Part shown: positions 25,256 through 40,162 of the stretch, piece after piece | Layout of the letters: each line of letters opens with the position of its first letter | How positions within the stretch are numbered: position 1 is the stretch's first letter | DNA from: Octopus sinensis | Taxonomy: Eukaryota | Direction: 5' to 3' | NCBI RefSeq assembly: GCF_006345805.1 | Contig: NC_042997.1 | Span: forward strand, 136,524,001 to 136,588,000 | DNA length: 64,000 nucleotides | Made by a program: the position numbers and the translations under genes | Notes under the pieces: model-generated | Database searches by the model: none | What the model saw: only the letters and a program-made list of their open reading frames with translations | Told to the model about the DNA's origin: nothing

Positions 25256-26499
25256 TTACATACGTACATGAATAAAACATACAGACACACATACAGGCAT
25301 ATAGACATACAGACAAGCGTACAGACGTTCATGAATATATGCATGCTTATATACATACGTACATGCATACATGCATACAGACATAATACATACAGACACA
25401 CATACAGTCATACAAGCATACAGACATACAGATGAACATGCATACACACATGCATACATACATGCATACATACACGAATACAAACATCATCACCGCTAAT
25501 GCATCTGTGATTTATTTTAGAAAATGTAAATACCCTTCTCATTTCGCTTGGTATTTGTAATTAAACCGGGATGTTGTCCGATGCTACGAAGAAGTCTACG
25601 ATCAGCTAGATGAAGCGGTTAAAAATATACTGGGACGATTCTCATCCCAACTTAAACCATGTACCAACAAAGTAGCTGCAGCAACAGGTATCATTCTTCG
25701 CCCGGAAAATGTGTGTCCCAGATAGCAATAGATATTCTGAGTCTTGTGATACTTTCACCTTTCCAACAACATTCAAAACCGGTTTAAAATTGCTATAGAG
25801 ACTGACAAGAATGTAAGCAAACTGGCACCGCCAGCCCCACCATCACACGACTCTGTAAGATCGGTATCTGTCTTTCCTAATTCGACAGAGATTATAGCAT
25901 TAATAGAAAACGCACAGCTGAAAAACATTTTACAACACAGTTTGAAAATAATTTCATCAGCTTTAAGTAACAGACCATTTTTGACAAGAGTGAGAAAACT
26001 AACCCCTTCACGTGATAAATATTATTGAATATTATAATAATATCTAATAATATGGATAAATATTATTAAATATTATTAAATATTATTATTTCGCTAGAGA
26101 ATGCATAAAAAGTATGGAAGCTTGCGTTGAAATATTAATACCTGCTTTATTCTATTCCTGTTTCTCTAACGGATTACATGGGAGATATTTGCAAAGCAAA
26201 TGACACTGAAACAATGCATCATAAGCAACCTAAATAGGAAACGATGCGAGAAGAAAGTACAAAGAATTTAAGGCACAGAAACAGCAGATAAATGCCATTA
26301 CAACATGTAAAAGGACTATGACACTACAAATGAATTTTTTGGAGGAGGTGAGGAAGAAATGCTCAAACTCTTCAGATTAATGATGAAATATGAATCTTAC
26401 ATATATGTCTACATCTAGACATATATGTAAGATTCATAGTTTCTAGTTTGGAGCAGTTTGTATGTTATATTATGGTAAAGAAAAATAATTATGAATGAA

Positions 26500-26860
26500 T
26501 GTTGCTCTATATGACGTGATCCGACTTGATACACGAGTAGAAGGATCGTTTTCATTAAATAAAGACTCTCTTTTTAACTACATAATACGCGCTAATTATC
26601 AAACAGGAGTATTTCGCAACTTTCTTCAAATTGAATGGAACTAATGTTGGAGTAAGTTGACGGTCCCTGAGATCTTTATCTTGACTATTACAGTCGTCCA
26701 CCAGCTTCAGGTGACATTTTAGAACCCACCAATTGCAAAGAAGGCAATTTCAAAAATGAACCAACGTTGGAAATTCAAGCATCTTGTAATGAAAATGAAA
26801 TTCCCTAAACAGAACTGTATAAATGCTGCCAAGAACTTCATGGATGGAACTGCTGTATGT
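26500..26860 (+). mobile_element. Decayed remnant resembling the C-terminus of CXC-domain proteins of unclassified invertebrate DNA elements
   Basis: SLNKDSLFNYIIRANYQTGVFR, PPASGDILEPTNCKE and NEIP*TELYKC resemble a remembered HxxRANYQxxIW...PAP...C-x-C...CTELCxC pattern; not verified by search. Confidence 0.35.
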
Positions 26861-27145
26861 GATGATAAGAAAACAGATTATAATTATAATGTATTTTTAA
26901 AGATCTTTTCTATTATCATTTGAAAGTACTAGAATAAATGAAAGTACTAGCTTAAACTAACAACTGGAAAGTAATAATTTTTAATTGCTTATTGTCCATA
27001 GTCATTGCCCATGAAATGAACAAAGCTTTCATTCTAAATATATTATTTCATACTTTTCATTGGGCAATAACTAAAGTTACTAAAATTGTTGTCAAAATCT
27101 GGAACTCATTTTTTTTAGTTCGTGTATTTCTAAGACTTCTAAATA

Positions 27146-27418
27146 AATATTGATTTCAAATTTTGGCACAAGTCCAGCAATTTCTGGAGCGGAGTTAAGT
27201 TGATTATATTGACCTCAGTATTCAACTGGTACTTATTTTATTGACCCCGAAACCCGAAAAGATTAACGGCAAAGTCAATCCCGGCGGTATTTGAACTCAG
27301 AACGTAAAGACGTGCAAAATTCCACTCAGCCTTTTGTCCAACGTGCTAACGATTCGGCCAGTTCGCCGCCTTAAAGCATTCTGTCCGGCGTGCTAGCGGT
27401 TCTGCCAGCTTGCCACCT
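27146..27418 (-). mobile_element. SINE family B
   Basis: Reverse complement of the head, B-box, gactttgcc...ggggtc core and gtgccaaaatttgaaa tail; the head segment is duplicated at 27345-27418. Confidence 0.8.
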
Positions 27419-27894
27419 TGACTTGCGAATTATATTAAAACTTTGTAATGCAGCTCATAAAAGCTTAGAAAACATTTTTTTTTCTTTTAAGATTGGTTCC
27501 AACATTCCTTTATGTGAGATTTCATTAATTCTATACTTAATGCTGGCTATCGAATGAACTCAGAAACCTTGAGAAGATAAAAATTATCTCTTTACTGTAT
27601 CGAAAAAAATTAAACTTGCAAAAAAAAAACTGGTAACATCGCTTAACCGTACACTTGATGTCCGGCCTTTTAACGTTGGCTTTCATCAGCTGTCCATTAA
27701 AAGATCAAAAATGCATCCAGTGTTCTGCACCAGAAGCTTAGTCAACAATCCTACACAGACAAATTGGTATAAATGGCTCAATTGATCAGGAAAAATGAGA
27801 ATTATATACATATACACACATACACAACGTACGCACACACACATGCATACACACATACACACATACGCACACACATACATACATACATATATAA

Positions 27895-27951
<57 letters not shown>

Positions 27952-28052
27952 CGGAAAAGGAGTACTCAATACCATCATGAAGATTAGTAATACATTTTAT
28001 ATTGCGGGAAGCCCCTGTGAATACACGCGCGCACACAAACACACACACATAC

Positions 28053-28133
<81 letters not shown>

Positions 28134-28169
28134 CGTATAGTTAATATTCTGTTGGTAATATTTTCTTTA

Positions 28170-28380
28170 ACTTAGTGGATCGTTAATACGCCGGGCAAAA
28201 TGCTTAGCGTCATTTCGGCCGCCTTTACGTTCGAAGTTCAAATTCTACCGGAGTCGATTTTTCCTTTTATCCTTTCGGTGTCGATAAAATAAGTAGCAGT
28301 TGAACACTGGTGTCGATTTAATCGATTCAGCCCTTCTCCAAAACCTGCTGACCTTGCGCCAAAAACTTGAAACCAACATT
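28170..28380 (+). mobile_element. SINE family B
   Basis: cgccgggcaaaatgcttagc...gaagttcaaatt...atcctttcggtgtcgataaaataagta. Confidence 0.8.
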
Positions 28381-28809
28381 TTCCTTAACCACGCGTTGAA
28401 AACAATAGTGATCATTTGCTGTATTTAGTCAATTTGAAATTTTTAATCAGGTGTACATTTTTTACCAGTCTGTGTTAGTTTTTAAATTGTTTCCATGATT
28501 GTTTCCGAAAATCTGAAATTAACAAGATAAATGAAATATGCTCTGAGGCCGAAGATGTTCAAAGTCAATAGAAATTACATCCACCTCGCCAGTCCAGGAA
28601 TGTCTTCACTTGTAAAGAAAGCTATTTGTTCGTCTTACTGAACCATTAGAATTAAAAGATGTAATTTCAAAACAAGGCTAAATACATGCTCTTATATACT
28701 CTTTTACTCTTTTAATTGTTTCAGTCACTTGACTGCGGCCATGCTGGAGCACCGCCTTTTAGTCGGTGCTCCATGGAATAAATTTAGATGCTTCACATTG
28801 TGTTGCATA

Positions 28810-29010
28810 ATATTGGTTTCAAATTTTGACACAAGGCCATTATTTCGAGGGATAAGTTAAGTCGATCACATTGACTCCAGTGGTCAACTAGTACTTATTT
28901 CATCGACCCTGAATGGATGAGAAACAAAGTCGACATCGGCGGAATTTGAACTTATAACGTAAAGACGGGCGAAATGCTGCTAAGCATTATGCTTGGTGTG
29001 CTAACGATTC
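28810..29010 (-). mobile_element. SINE family B, head interrupted by the tandem array
   Basis: Homologous to the other B copies; abuts 29011. Confidence 0.75.
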
Positions 29011-29611
29011 TTATTTCTTTACTACCCACAAGGGGCTAAACATAGAGGGGACAAACAAGGACAGACAAACGGATTAAGTCGATTACATCGACCCCAGTGC
29101 GTAACTGGTATTTAATTTATCAATCCCGAAAGGATGAAAGGCAAAGTCGACCTCGGCGGAATTTGAACTCAGAACGTAACGGCAGACGAAATACCTATTT
29201 CTTTACTACCCACAAGGGGCAAAACACAGAGAGGACAAACAAGGACAGACAAACGGATTAAGTCGATTACATCGACCCCAGTGTTCAACTGGTACTTATT
29301 TAATCGACCCCGAAAGGTTGAAAGGCAAAGTCGACCTCGGCAGAATTTGAACTCAGAACGTAGCGGCAGACGAAATACCTATTTCTTTACTACCCACAAG
29401 GGGAAAAACACAGAGAGGACAAACAAGGACAGACAAACGGTTTAAGTCGATTATATCGACCCCAGTGCGTAACTGGTACTTATTTAATCGACCCCGAAAC
29501 GATGAAAGGCAAAGTCGACCTCGGCGGAATTTGAACGCAGAACGTAACGGCAGACGAAATACGGCTACGCATTTCGCCCGCGTGCTAACGTTTCTGCCAG
29601 CTCGCCGCCTT
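29011..29611 (-). mobile_element. SINE family B variant: one head plus three tandem 184-bp body/tail units
   Basis: tatttctttactacccacaagggg starts at 29012, 29196 and 29380; single head gctaacgtttctgccagctcgccgcc at about 29584-29611. Confidence 0.9.
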
Positions 29612-30397
29612 AATGTGTTGCGTAATATTAATGCATCATATTTGACGCACATGGTTGGCATGATTCTCATCGCATTCGATTATCAATAAGTTGAGTACCA
29701 GTGATATGCTACGATTTCGGCTGTATACCGACACCATTTTAAATAAATTGCAATATTCTATTTCATCTTCACTTGCTTCTGTATTTAAAATTTCTTGCCT
29801 TTAAGTCAACTTTATTTTGCATTTTACGCAAGAACGATTGGATAGATACCAGAAATATATAGTAATGAAATTGACTATATCCTTACCGAGAAAAATGTTG
29901 ACTTCGTGCCTAGTCAAAATAAGTTAATAATTGTACAAGAAACATTCTTTCTACTGTCATTAGGTAAGTATAACTAAAAGGCATTTTGCCAGAACACAAA
30001 ATCTGAAAAAGATTTTGATTTTTTTTATGAATGTTTAGATTTACTGGTATCAGTTCAAAATGTTCATGTTATTGTATCTATTATTTTATCAAGCACAATT
30101 TCCATCTCCCGATTGTGTATCTAACATCAAAATCAATACATAGTCACTAACGAGCATATCTGTGGTCTCAGTTCTCGTGGACTTAGTCCTATTATAGGAT
30201 AGGAAATACCAACTTTTGAGTTGGTTGTACAGTATCATCACATTGTGTTTGACTTTGCTTTTCGTTTTCCAAAGTCGACTAAATTACTACTAGAAAAGGT
30301 CTGAAATAAATTATATTCGATGGCCTAGTACCGAAGTTACACTATATCTGTCTATTTATCTATCTTTCTTTCTTTCTATCTATCTCTCTTTTTTTTT

Positions 30398-30645
30398 TTT
30401 TACTCTTTTACTTGTTTCGGTCATTTGACTGTAGCCATGTTGGAGCACCGCCTTTAGTCGAGCACATCGACCCCAGGACTTAGTCTTTGTAAGCCTAGTA
30501 TTTATTCTATTGTTCTCTTTTTGCCGAACCGCTAAGTTACGGGGACGTAAACACACCAGGATCGGTTGTCAAGCGACGTTGGGGGGACAAACACAGACAC
30601 ACAAACATACACACACACACATACATACATACATACATACATACA

Positions 30646-30681
<36 letters not shown>

Positions 30682-30942
30682 TACATACATACATACATAC
30701 ATACATGCATACATACATACATACATACATGCATACATACATACATACATACATACATACATACATACATACATACATACATACATACATACATACATAC
30801 GACGAGCTTCTTTCAGTTTCCGTCTACCAAATCCACTCACAAGGCTTTGGTTGGCCCGAATCTATAGTAGTAGACACTTGCCACGCAGTGGGACTAAACC
30901 CGTAAGCAAGCTGATTACCACACAGCCACTCCTACGCCTATC
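30398..30942 (-). mobile_element. SINE family A, full length, with internal (TATG)n expansion
   Basis: Collinear with 3204-3555; microsatellite at about 30608-30800. Confidence 0.85.
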
Positions 30943-30947
30943 CATAT

Positions 30948-31023
<76 letters not shown>

Positions 31024-31556
31024 CTATCGATCCATATATATTTTATAACTGATTCACCTACACATTAAGAAAGTTTCGAGGGTATAGGACATTTCTATTT
31101 CATCAGCTATAAGGAAAAGTGTAAAGAGCACTTAAAAGAAATTTAAAATAGCATCTACGTATTAAGACTTCCATTATTCAGCTTTGATCACGTGTGTTGT
31201 TGTTATAATTGCTGTTTTGTTTTGTTCTTATTGGTTTTTTTTTTCTTTTGTTATAGTGACTTTAGATATTTTATTGTTAGTTTATGGTGGTGCAGACTTG
31301 ATGATTGCAATACTTTGTTTGCAATCTGTATGCTATATGCAGTGACACCAATTTTCACAGTGGGGGCAGCTCGTGGTATGGTAGATAAGACGTTGGCGTC
31401 ACTCAGTTAATTAGTCATTATTGCGTAGGGTACGGAACTTAGTGACAGTAGTTATGAACTGGAGGTAACCGATTTGATAGTGTCAGGTTATAAATTAGTT
31501 CGTGTGACAGGCATGAGTGGGTTGCAATTTCTATGGGCAATATGTATTGGAGTTGA

Positions 31557-31862
31557 GGCGCAATGGCCCAGTGGTTAGGGCAGCGGACTCGCAATCGGAG
31601 GATCGCGGTTTCGAATCCTAGACCGGGCGTTGTCTGTGTTTATTGAGCGAAAACACCTAAAAGCTCCACGAGGTTCCGGCGTGGGGAGCGACCCCTGTTG
31701 TACTCTTTCGCCACAACTTTCTCTCACTCTCTCTTCCTGTTTCTTGAGTAACGCTGCGATGGACTGGCGTCCCGTCCAGCTGGAGGGAACACATACGCCA
31801 CAAAAAACGAGAAACCGGGCCCATGAGCCTGGCTAGGCTTGAAAAGGGTAAAAAGAAAGAAA
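31557..31862 (+). mobile_element. SINE family C (tRNA-derived head, V-domain-like segment)
   Basis: A-box tggcccagtggtt, B-box ggtttcgaatcc; gctgcgatggactggcgtcccgtccag resembles the V-SINE conserved domain; A-rich tail. Confidence 0.75.
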
Positions 31863-31984
31863 GTATGTATTGAATACTCTGACATTGTGTGAGCTATCTA
31901 GGGCCCACACATCTAGGGTCTAGGGTGGAATATCAGCGGCCAAAAGCTTGAAATTCATTGAGAAGGCGTATTTCTGGTAGCAAC

Positions 31985-32110
31985 AGTAAGATAAACCATA
32001 TTTTCTTATTGACGAATACTGCAGGCTGATGGAGTGAATGTAATTTCTCACGGAGGCAGAGTTGGCAATTACGAGGTCCAGTTGAGTGAGGAGGGGCCCG
32101 GTTTAGGATG
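31985..32110 (-). mobile_element. Penelope-like GIY-YIG C-terminal fragment
   Basis: RNCQLCLREKLHSLHQPAVFVNKK resembles the CxLCLxEK...LNKR tail of PLE proteins. Confidence 0.45.
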
Positions 32111-33611
32111 TTGGAGAAGTTTATTTCACGTAACGTTACGGTTAGGTGTTCATGCCTAGCTAATATCGCTTACAAAATCGCATGCTACAACAGAAACAAA
32201 TACGCGTCAACACGGTCTCCACCCTACACTCCACTCTGTAACTTCAGAGATCCTACTAAGTTCCCATTGAGAGGATCTTTATTCACAAAGGCTGTAGTCT
32301 ATAGAATCACTCTCATCATCCAATAGCATTACAAGACAATCTTGGGGAAAACTGGACCTACATTTTCCACTTCATCTGGACACTCCGAGACTACCCAGTC
32401 TACACCACGTGAGCCCAGCAATAAAATAACTGACGGCAACAAAGAATCTGAAAATAAAAATTTCTCTATACCTGAAAATATCTTGAACGGTCATCAGATT
32501 TAATAATATTTCGTTTGTTAGGACTTACAATTTTGGTTTATTGCGCCAAAACCTACTTATCATCAATAAAAATATTTGATTTGAAATGTCTGTTTGAACC
32601 TTTTCTGTTCTATAAACTTAGCGTATTAACGGACTGGGACAGAGAGAAGTATACAGCACCATTCAGAATAAAACTAGGCAGAAGAATCTTCTCTCTCTCT
32701 CTCTCTACTTCCATAAGCCAGCTCCGTTGCAACCGATGCCTGTTACGTTGGAACAGGGTCTCTTAGGGAAATTTTACAGAGCAAGAAAGCTTTTGTGAAA
32801 ATTCTGGATGGAGACACTGGCCTTGGTCCTCTCAAAATTCAAAAAGAACTTGAGCTTTTTTATCTGTTCTTCTTTTATGTGAGATGACCGACAGACATTC
32901 ATGGAACCTTCCTTGGCTCTCTATATCCGAACTAATGTATTGGCTGAACCCCCATCACACACACACACACACACGAACACACGCACATTTTCAAACACAT
33001 ACACTCTTATAAACCATACATAGGAATACTAGAATTATTGAGGTACTATTTAATATGCAGTAACTTTACATCTTAAGTGTGTTCTTATACAATATTAATT
33101 CAGTATCAGTCTTGGAAACTCCATCTTCTTGATATATGTGCGCTACAGTTTGGCTTCTGCGGAAACGTAGCTTTACAAGAATTTATGTAGGCGAATAAAT
33201 GAATGTTTAGAAAAAACTTTTTCGTTTTCTCCTTTGGTTTTTCTTGATTCAGTAACAACAGCAACCTTTCTACGAGCATATCATCGTTTGCACCACATGC
33301 TTTTAGTTGAAATCTTCTACAGTACAAATGCATAATTTTCCTTATAGCTGTTTGATGTCGACAGCGACAAACGTGCAAATGAACAGAATCTGTAATATAT
33401 TGTCCTACATTTGAAATATTCTAAGTCTCTTCATTAGTTGCCTACTTTATGGAATATATCAGAAGCAACACTATCATATCTTAGAGCACAACAAAGCACA
33501 TACATCTAGTTATTTACCAGCATTTCATTCTTTTTTTGTTCTCTCATTCTCTCTGCTGCTCAGTCTCTCTTCCTCATTATCAATCTTTCATGCATGTATA
33601 CAGATATACAG

Positions 33612-33992
<381 letters not shown>

Positions 33993-34914
33993 GCATCACT
34001 TTTTATCTTTTACTTGCACTATAGTTTACTGGCTAACATTTGTTTTGTTCCTCTAAATAGCTATTCATTTAGATTAACCAAAGACGGATCAGTCTATATT
34101 TCCCTCTGAATTTGAGACACATTTTTACTAAAATCAGAATCTATTTATTGTGCCATTGCCAAGCATATATCGTCATAAGCATCTCCCAAAAAAACAAAGC
34201 AAAGAACTTCCATTATGCTTTCTGGACTACTTCATTTATGAGTACAGCGTTATTCTTTTACCAACTTCACACAAGTAATTGAACCAATCTCTAGGGAAAA
34301 AATATAAATAATCCATCATTTCAATAAGATTTTTTACTAACTCTAATGTATCTTATTTTGAGTAGTACCATTTTCGTTTTCTATAATATCTTATTTCCTG
34401 TGATGGAGTGTTGTATGAAAAACAGAGAGGATTCCTAGAACGTCGAATTAAATACTTTTCTTTTAGTTTTCTTTTCCTTTGGCATCTTAGTTTAAATCTT
34501 GTTCTGGTGGAATTTGCATTCTATCCCTTTCCATATCAATAAAATGTGTTCTGCATATTCATTGGGTGACGGTTCAATCCGCTAAACATTTCAGATTTCG
34601 TACCAATGCAGTGAAGTAGATTCAGCTCTGATACAAAACTTGTTTAATGTACTACACAAAGAAATAAATCACTATCTTCTGAGGAAATATATGCTGTCTT
34701 CTAATGAAGTCTAGAACTAATGGTGAGTGTATCGTTTCCTTTAATTATAATTTATATCTTAGACTGCAACAGTTCTAATTATTTGTTGTTACCTCAGGCA
34801 TAATAACATCAGCAAGTTTCGTTTCCCTTTTTTATTGAACATCAAAGATTGTTATGTTAAGACAACGTTCAAAATCAATTTAAAATAGATAGTTTAAAAA
34901 ACGGGGGTAGTATC

Positions 34915-35060
<146 letters not shown>

Positions 35061-37934
35061 GTGACCTGTATCTACTTTCGTACTATGGTTTCATGCAAGT
35101 ATACATAATAGCAGTGACACGTGATGTTTGATGTCACTACTGTTTTGTCTGTTGAGAAAATAAAAATCTCTTATTGTGTCTGCAAGCTAACATTAGTTCT
35201 GTATTTCTGTCATTATTGATGTGGGCTGGACTATGATATTTTTCAGTCAGACATAAATTGTAATGTTTTAACCATTATTACATAGTATGGATCTATCCAA
35301 GAGAGACCATGTAATTGTGGTAGACACCTATCTTTATTTTGAAGAATGTGCTTTTGTAAACGATTTGGTGCTTTTTTGTGAGAGTATTTGAGAAGTTTAC
35401 AGATATAACTGAATCTTAAATAAGTTTCCTGTTAAGCTCCTGAGGGACACAGTACAACCAGTTTTGTTGTTGTTTTTACGTTGTAGCAGACAGATACACA
35501 ATGCAGTTACTCATGTGTAAGAACATCGTGCTTGAGGCCACTACAACTGAAAAATATTGTTTGAATGTGTGTAACGCGGCAATCGGCTCCTTCTTGAGAA
35601 CAATTTACACCGAACAAATTCAAATTTTATGAAAAAGTATATAAATACATCTGTGAAATATCATCTACAACTGACACACGAAACATCGAAAGATTCTACT
35701 ATCAGTCCATTATCGCAAACATCCCAATGAAATGTTTTGTATTCACTCAGATATTGTCGAGAGATGAAAAGGCTCTATTAGATATGGTATTAGACTGCTA
35801 ACTCTTGGGTTCTGACATACTTTTGTAGTCATCAAATTTATCTCTCTTTCAATCGGGTTACTATTTTGTTTTTGTTTTGTTTTATTGCATTGATACACTA
35901 CCGCCCCATCGAGAATAGTACAAGTACGTAGACGACGTCAATCTAGCGCTACGAGCAGTCAAAATACTCATGTGTGGTACCGACGGTATGGACGAGGAAT
36001 TAAGACTTTCACTTTGCAACTTCATGATTTTAGATTCAATCCCACAGCACAGCACCATTGCAAATGCATTCTACCATAGTCTCAAACTTTATGAGTAAAA
36101 TTTGGTAAATGGAAACTGTGAAAGCCTGTCAGAGAGAACTTTTCTATTTTTGGTGGGAGTCTTAGTATGTTGCTCTGTTTTATGGCATCACCAAAATCTT
36201 AGGTACCTCCCTTTCTCTCACCCATGTCTGAAAAAGCTCATGAGCGCAACTGCTTCTCCTCTGTTTAAATCTTTTAATATCTTTAATGATGATCGCAGTG
36301 GAGTAATGTCTAATTCCTACAAATGAATGCCTCGGTTGTAGTTGATCGTAATACTTTTAATTGCACGTATTGTCCTCCGCACGCGCATTTGTGTGTTGGA
36401 TAAAGATGTTGCCGGTTGTGAACACATTCAATATTAATTCGTCTACTGTCTTAATCATTGTGCTTATCGGAGCTAAATCCATGGTGTCGTTACGGTAGGA
36501 AGGGATATCTTTCAACTTGTTACTAATTTTTCCGCAAACTAACCAAGAAGCTGAACTCCAAAGAGTTACACCCTTGTGTTGTAGATGATTCAAAGATTTT
36601 TAACGTTGATCCACAGTGACAACGATTTAAGATAAGCACGGATTTCATTAGCATTTGTTTCTTTTGAGGTCACAGGCTGGGTCTGACGGAAGTCACCCGA
36701 CAACAGTATTACTGCTCCATATTTAAGCTCTGTCATGTGTGTCCTTCAAATGGTCTCCACAGATCTTGTGTGTACCACTGCGTGCCTTTGTTTCCATTTC
36801 GATTTTAGAAACGGCAGAGCGTTGGACAAAAGGTCTAAGAGCGTTTAATTGCATCTCTTGTGCTGGGATATCATCAGCGATCGAGTAGCCTTTTTAACTG
36901 TCCATGGAGTTATTTCTTACAAACTACTGTTTCGAAATACTTAAGTAAACTTTATATATCGAGCTGCGTTTATGAGGCACCCTTCAAACACTGAGGTTGA
37001 CTTTGCCTTTCAGGTAAGTGTTAGAACGCTCTAGAACATAAATCTACTTGATTAAGTGCAAACCTGTAATATCACTAGAAAGAGAAATGTTGAAGATTTT
37101 TGCGATAATAGAATCTGAAGTACACTGTTTTAGGATAATTGAAGAGACTAACTGCAGTTAGGGAGGCAACAGAGCTTGCAGTATTGCAATGCACGAAGAC
37201 ATCTTTTGTTTTCTCAATACCACCGAGTTCATGGAGGTAGATGAGCTTTTCAACCATTGCAAGATGTGTTTTTTACCCTCGTTAAACAACGCAACAATGT
37301 GAGAACCATTTTAGGATTTAGAGGACTTGAAGTTATAAGTTCAAGGTGTTACGGGTTGTGTTTGCGTAAGGAATTACCTAAGAGGGTAGTTTTGCTCACT
37401 TGCACAGCTGTCTCACTCATTTCGGTAGTGGAAAACATTTTCTGTCAAACATAAATAGCGTAAAACGTGGGAGTGCACCTCAATAAGTAACTGACTGGAA
37501 GTGCCATAAAGCAAGGCGGGTGGGTGTCTTGTATGGCATATGAATGTGTGGCGGACACCCTCGATAATGGAGTGACCCGTCGTTCCTATAAGTGTAGAGA
37601 CAATGATAGTTTAATGAAGGTTATGTTTGGAAAAGAAAATATATCAAATGTCTGAAGTGTCAAAGATACGAGTGACAGCAATAAAGTTTGCTAAGAGTAT
37701 AGAATGACAACTGACTCGACTTCTGCACCAGTACTGTTTGCGTAGAACGAGTTGTGCTCTTTGAAGTCACCGAAGGCAATAAGTTCAGAAAGCGAGTGAT
37801 GAAATAGTTGTACAGGATTTCAATATATCTTACAAACCTACACAAGGTTCATATGAATATAAGTAGGGATCTCTGCACTTTTAACAACAAAAATACACGT
37901 TATTCATAAAGCTCTCTCTCTTTCTCTTTCTCTT

Positions 37935-37976
<42 letters not shown>

Positions 37977-39690
37977 GTGCATACACGAACTATAACTTAT
38001 GTCCATTCCCGACTGTGACGGGAGGGACTCAGAACACTGACACACACCCCTCAGCCGGCACTCTGATAACTTTATCGATTCGTCTACCAAGGAGCTGAAG
38101 AAAAAAATTAAGTCCTAAGGACATTATAGGAACGATTCAATGGAACATACCAGTTAAAGAATTCAAACTTTTTCATAGCAAAGAATTTTTATTAGGGTCG
38201 ATAAAATAAAATAGAATCTAGCGGGGAAAAGGTCCAAATTGATTTAGCTGCGCAACAAAACAAACACTCTGGAATGGATAAGAATGTTTGTTAGCAGCAA
38301 AGGAAATGATATTGAATGTAAATCACAAAAACACGGATTGGAATATTATGGTTGCTTGAGTAGACTGCTTAAAACACGACAGTTTCCGAGAGACGAGTTA
38401 TTTTGCTGTAATTAACATTGTAGATGTTAAGTGGAATGTTTTGTTCGTTTGTGCACACGCATACACGCATACACGTGCGGGTGCGTATGTGTGTGAGAGT
38501 GTAACTGTTATTATGTTAGTTAAATGTGTTTGTATGCATGTGGATATAAGTATGCATTTGTATGAGCATTCAAGTCTGTTATCCAGATACTTATGTTAAT
38601 GTGTGTATTTTATTTAGGTGCCGTATGCGTTAAGTAAAGTGTCTATATTTACTATACATATATATATATATATAAAGAGAGAGAGAGACAGAAAGGGAAA
38701 GAATGGGAGCGTATGTATGTGCATGTGTGTGTAATATATAAATTATTATACATGCAAATGTTTGTGTGCATAAGTATGTGGTTCATAACTATCTTACACC
38801 ATTGTTCTGTATAAGAAATTATTTCTGGAGAATAGATCGAAGATTAATCTTAAAAATATACTTGACGTCTAGCAAGTTTTGTGTATTGAAGTCTAACACT
38901 CAAGATTTCACTCTGCTACTTGGATATCCCTAGTTTATATTGCCGATTTAATGGTTCGTCGTTGTATATTTGATTTATAACAATCTCCAAGCGTATCTAA
39001 TTGTCCTGTTATTCAATACGTATATTTACTAAAAGCACAAAATACTTTTGAAGGGCTCCTTGACAATAAAATCTCGAGCATACGAAGATTGTTCAATGTA
39101 GACATCACGGCAGCATTGTTGCTGGAACGGATAATTGTTATACTTAGTTTTCTTTCAACTCTACGCGCTAGTCATTCAATATGTTTATTATATTATCAGA
39201 ATGTCATTTCAATAATTTCAAATACATTTTTATATCCTGCAATATAACAATTTCAAACAAAAGCATAAGTCCACAATTTGTTTAAGAATACGTAATATAT
39301 TAGATTCATCCTGGAATGATGACGAGTAAGGATAATTCTAACGTGATTTGAACTCACCACACTTTTCTACCATCCACCGCTCTTCATATCCAGTATATCC
39401 GTTATACACATAGTAATTGTTTCCTTCTTTTAAGTGCTCACAAAGACCCTTTTTTTAGTTTCAGTGACGAAAAAGTTCAAAAGTAGTTATGTTCATTCCT
39501 TTTCTGGGAACGTTATCCTCAACCATTAATCGAAGCCAGATTGTTTAACTTCGGCTTACAAAGAATGTAGTCTTGGGTCGATTTCTTCGACTAAAGCACT
39601 TTAAGGCGGTACTCCAGCATGACTGTAGTCAAATGACTGAAACAAATAAAAGAATAAAAGAATATATTAATATATATTTATATCCATGTA

Positions 39691-39855
39691 TAGGCACAAG
39701 CGTAGCTGTGTTGTAAGAAACATGCTTCCCAACCACATGGTCCTGTGTTCAGTCTCACTGCGTAACACCTTGGGCAAGTGTCTTCTACTATAACTTCGCG
39801 CTAACCAAAGCCTTGTGAGTGGCTTTGGTGGAAGGAAACTGAAAAAAACCTGTCA

Positions 39856-39901
<46 letters not shown>

Positions 39902-40150
39902 CGTGTGTGTGTGTGTGTGTGTGCGTGTGTGTGTGCGTGTCTGTGTGTGCCTTTCTGTCTGTGTTCGTCCCCCACCATCCCTTGACAATCGGTGAGCTTA
40001 CGTCCTTTTAACTTAACAGATCGGCAAAAGAACTGATAGTATAAGTATCAGGCCTTAAAAAAGTACTGAGATCGATTCATTCCTCTAAAAATTCTTTCAT
40101 GCGGAGTCCCAGCATAACCGAAGTTTAATGACTGAAACAAGTAAAAATGA
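39691..40150 (+). mobile_element. SINE family A with internal (GT)n expansion, preceded by a family A 3' fragment at about 39565-39665
   Basis: Collinear with 3204-3555. Confidence 0.8.
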
Positions 40151-40162
40151 AATATAGAAGAC

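Noticed and set aside
29011-29611. CRISPR-like or ribozyme-bearing tandem array
   Set aside because: The units are full 184-bp repeats with no unique spacers, and I found no CUGAnGA/GAAA core on either strand.
31557-31630. tRNA-like sequence
   Set aside because: It has A and B boxes but no convincing acceptor stem and continues into a SINE body, so it is called a SINE head rather than a tRNA gene.
33106-33389. 90-aa minus-strand ORF after an AG acceptor
   Set aside because: No recognisable domain or partner exon; cannot be supported without a search.
38860-39110. Minus-strand LRR-like text (LNNLRMLEIL)
   Set aside because: A single short match surrounded by stops, with no strong donor site.
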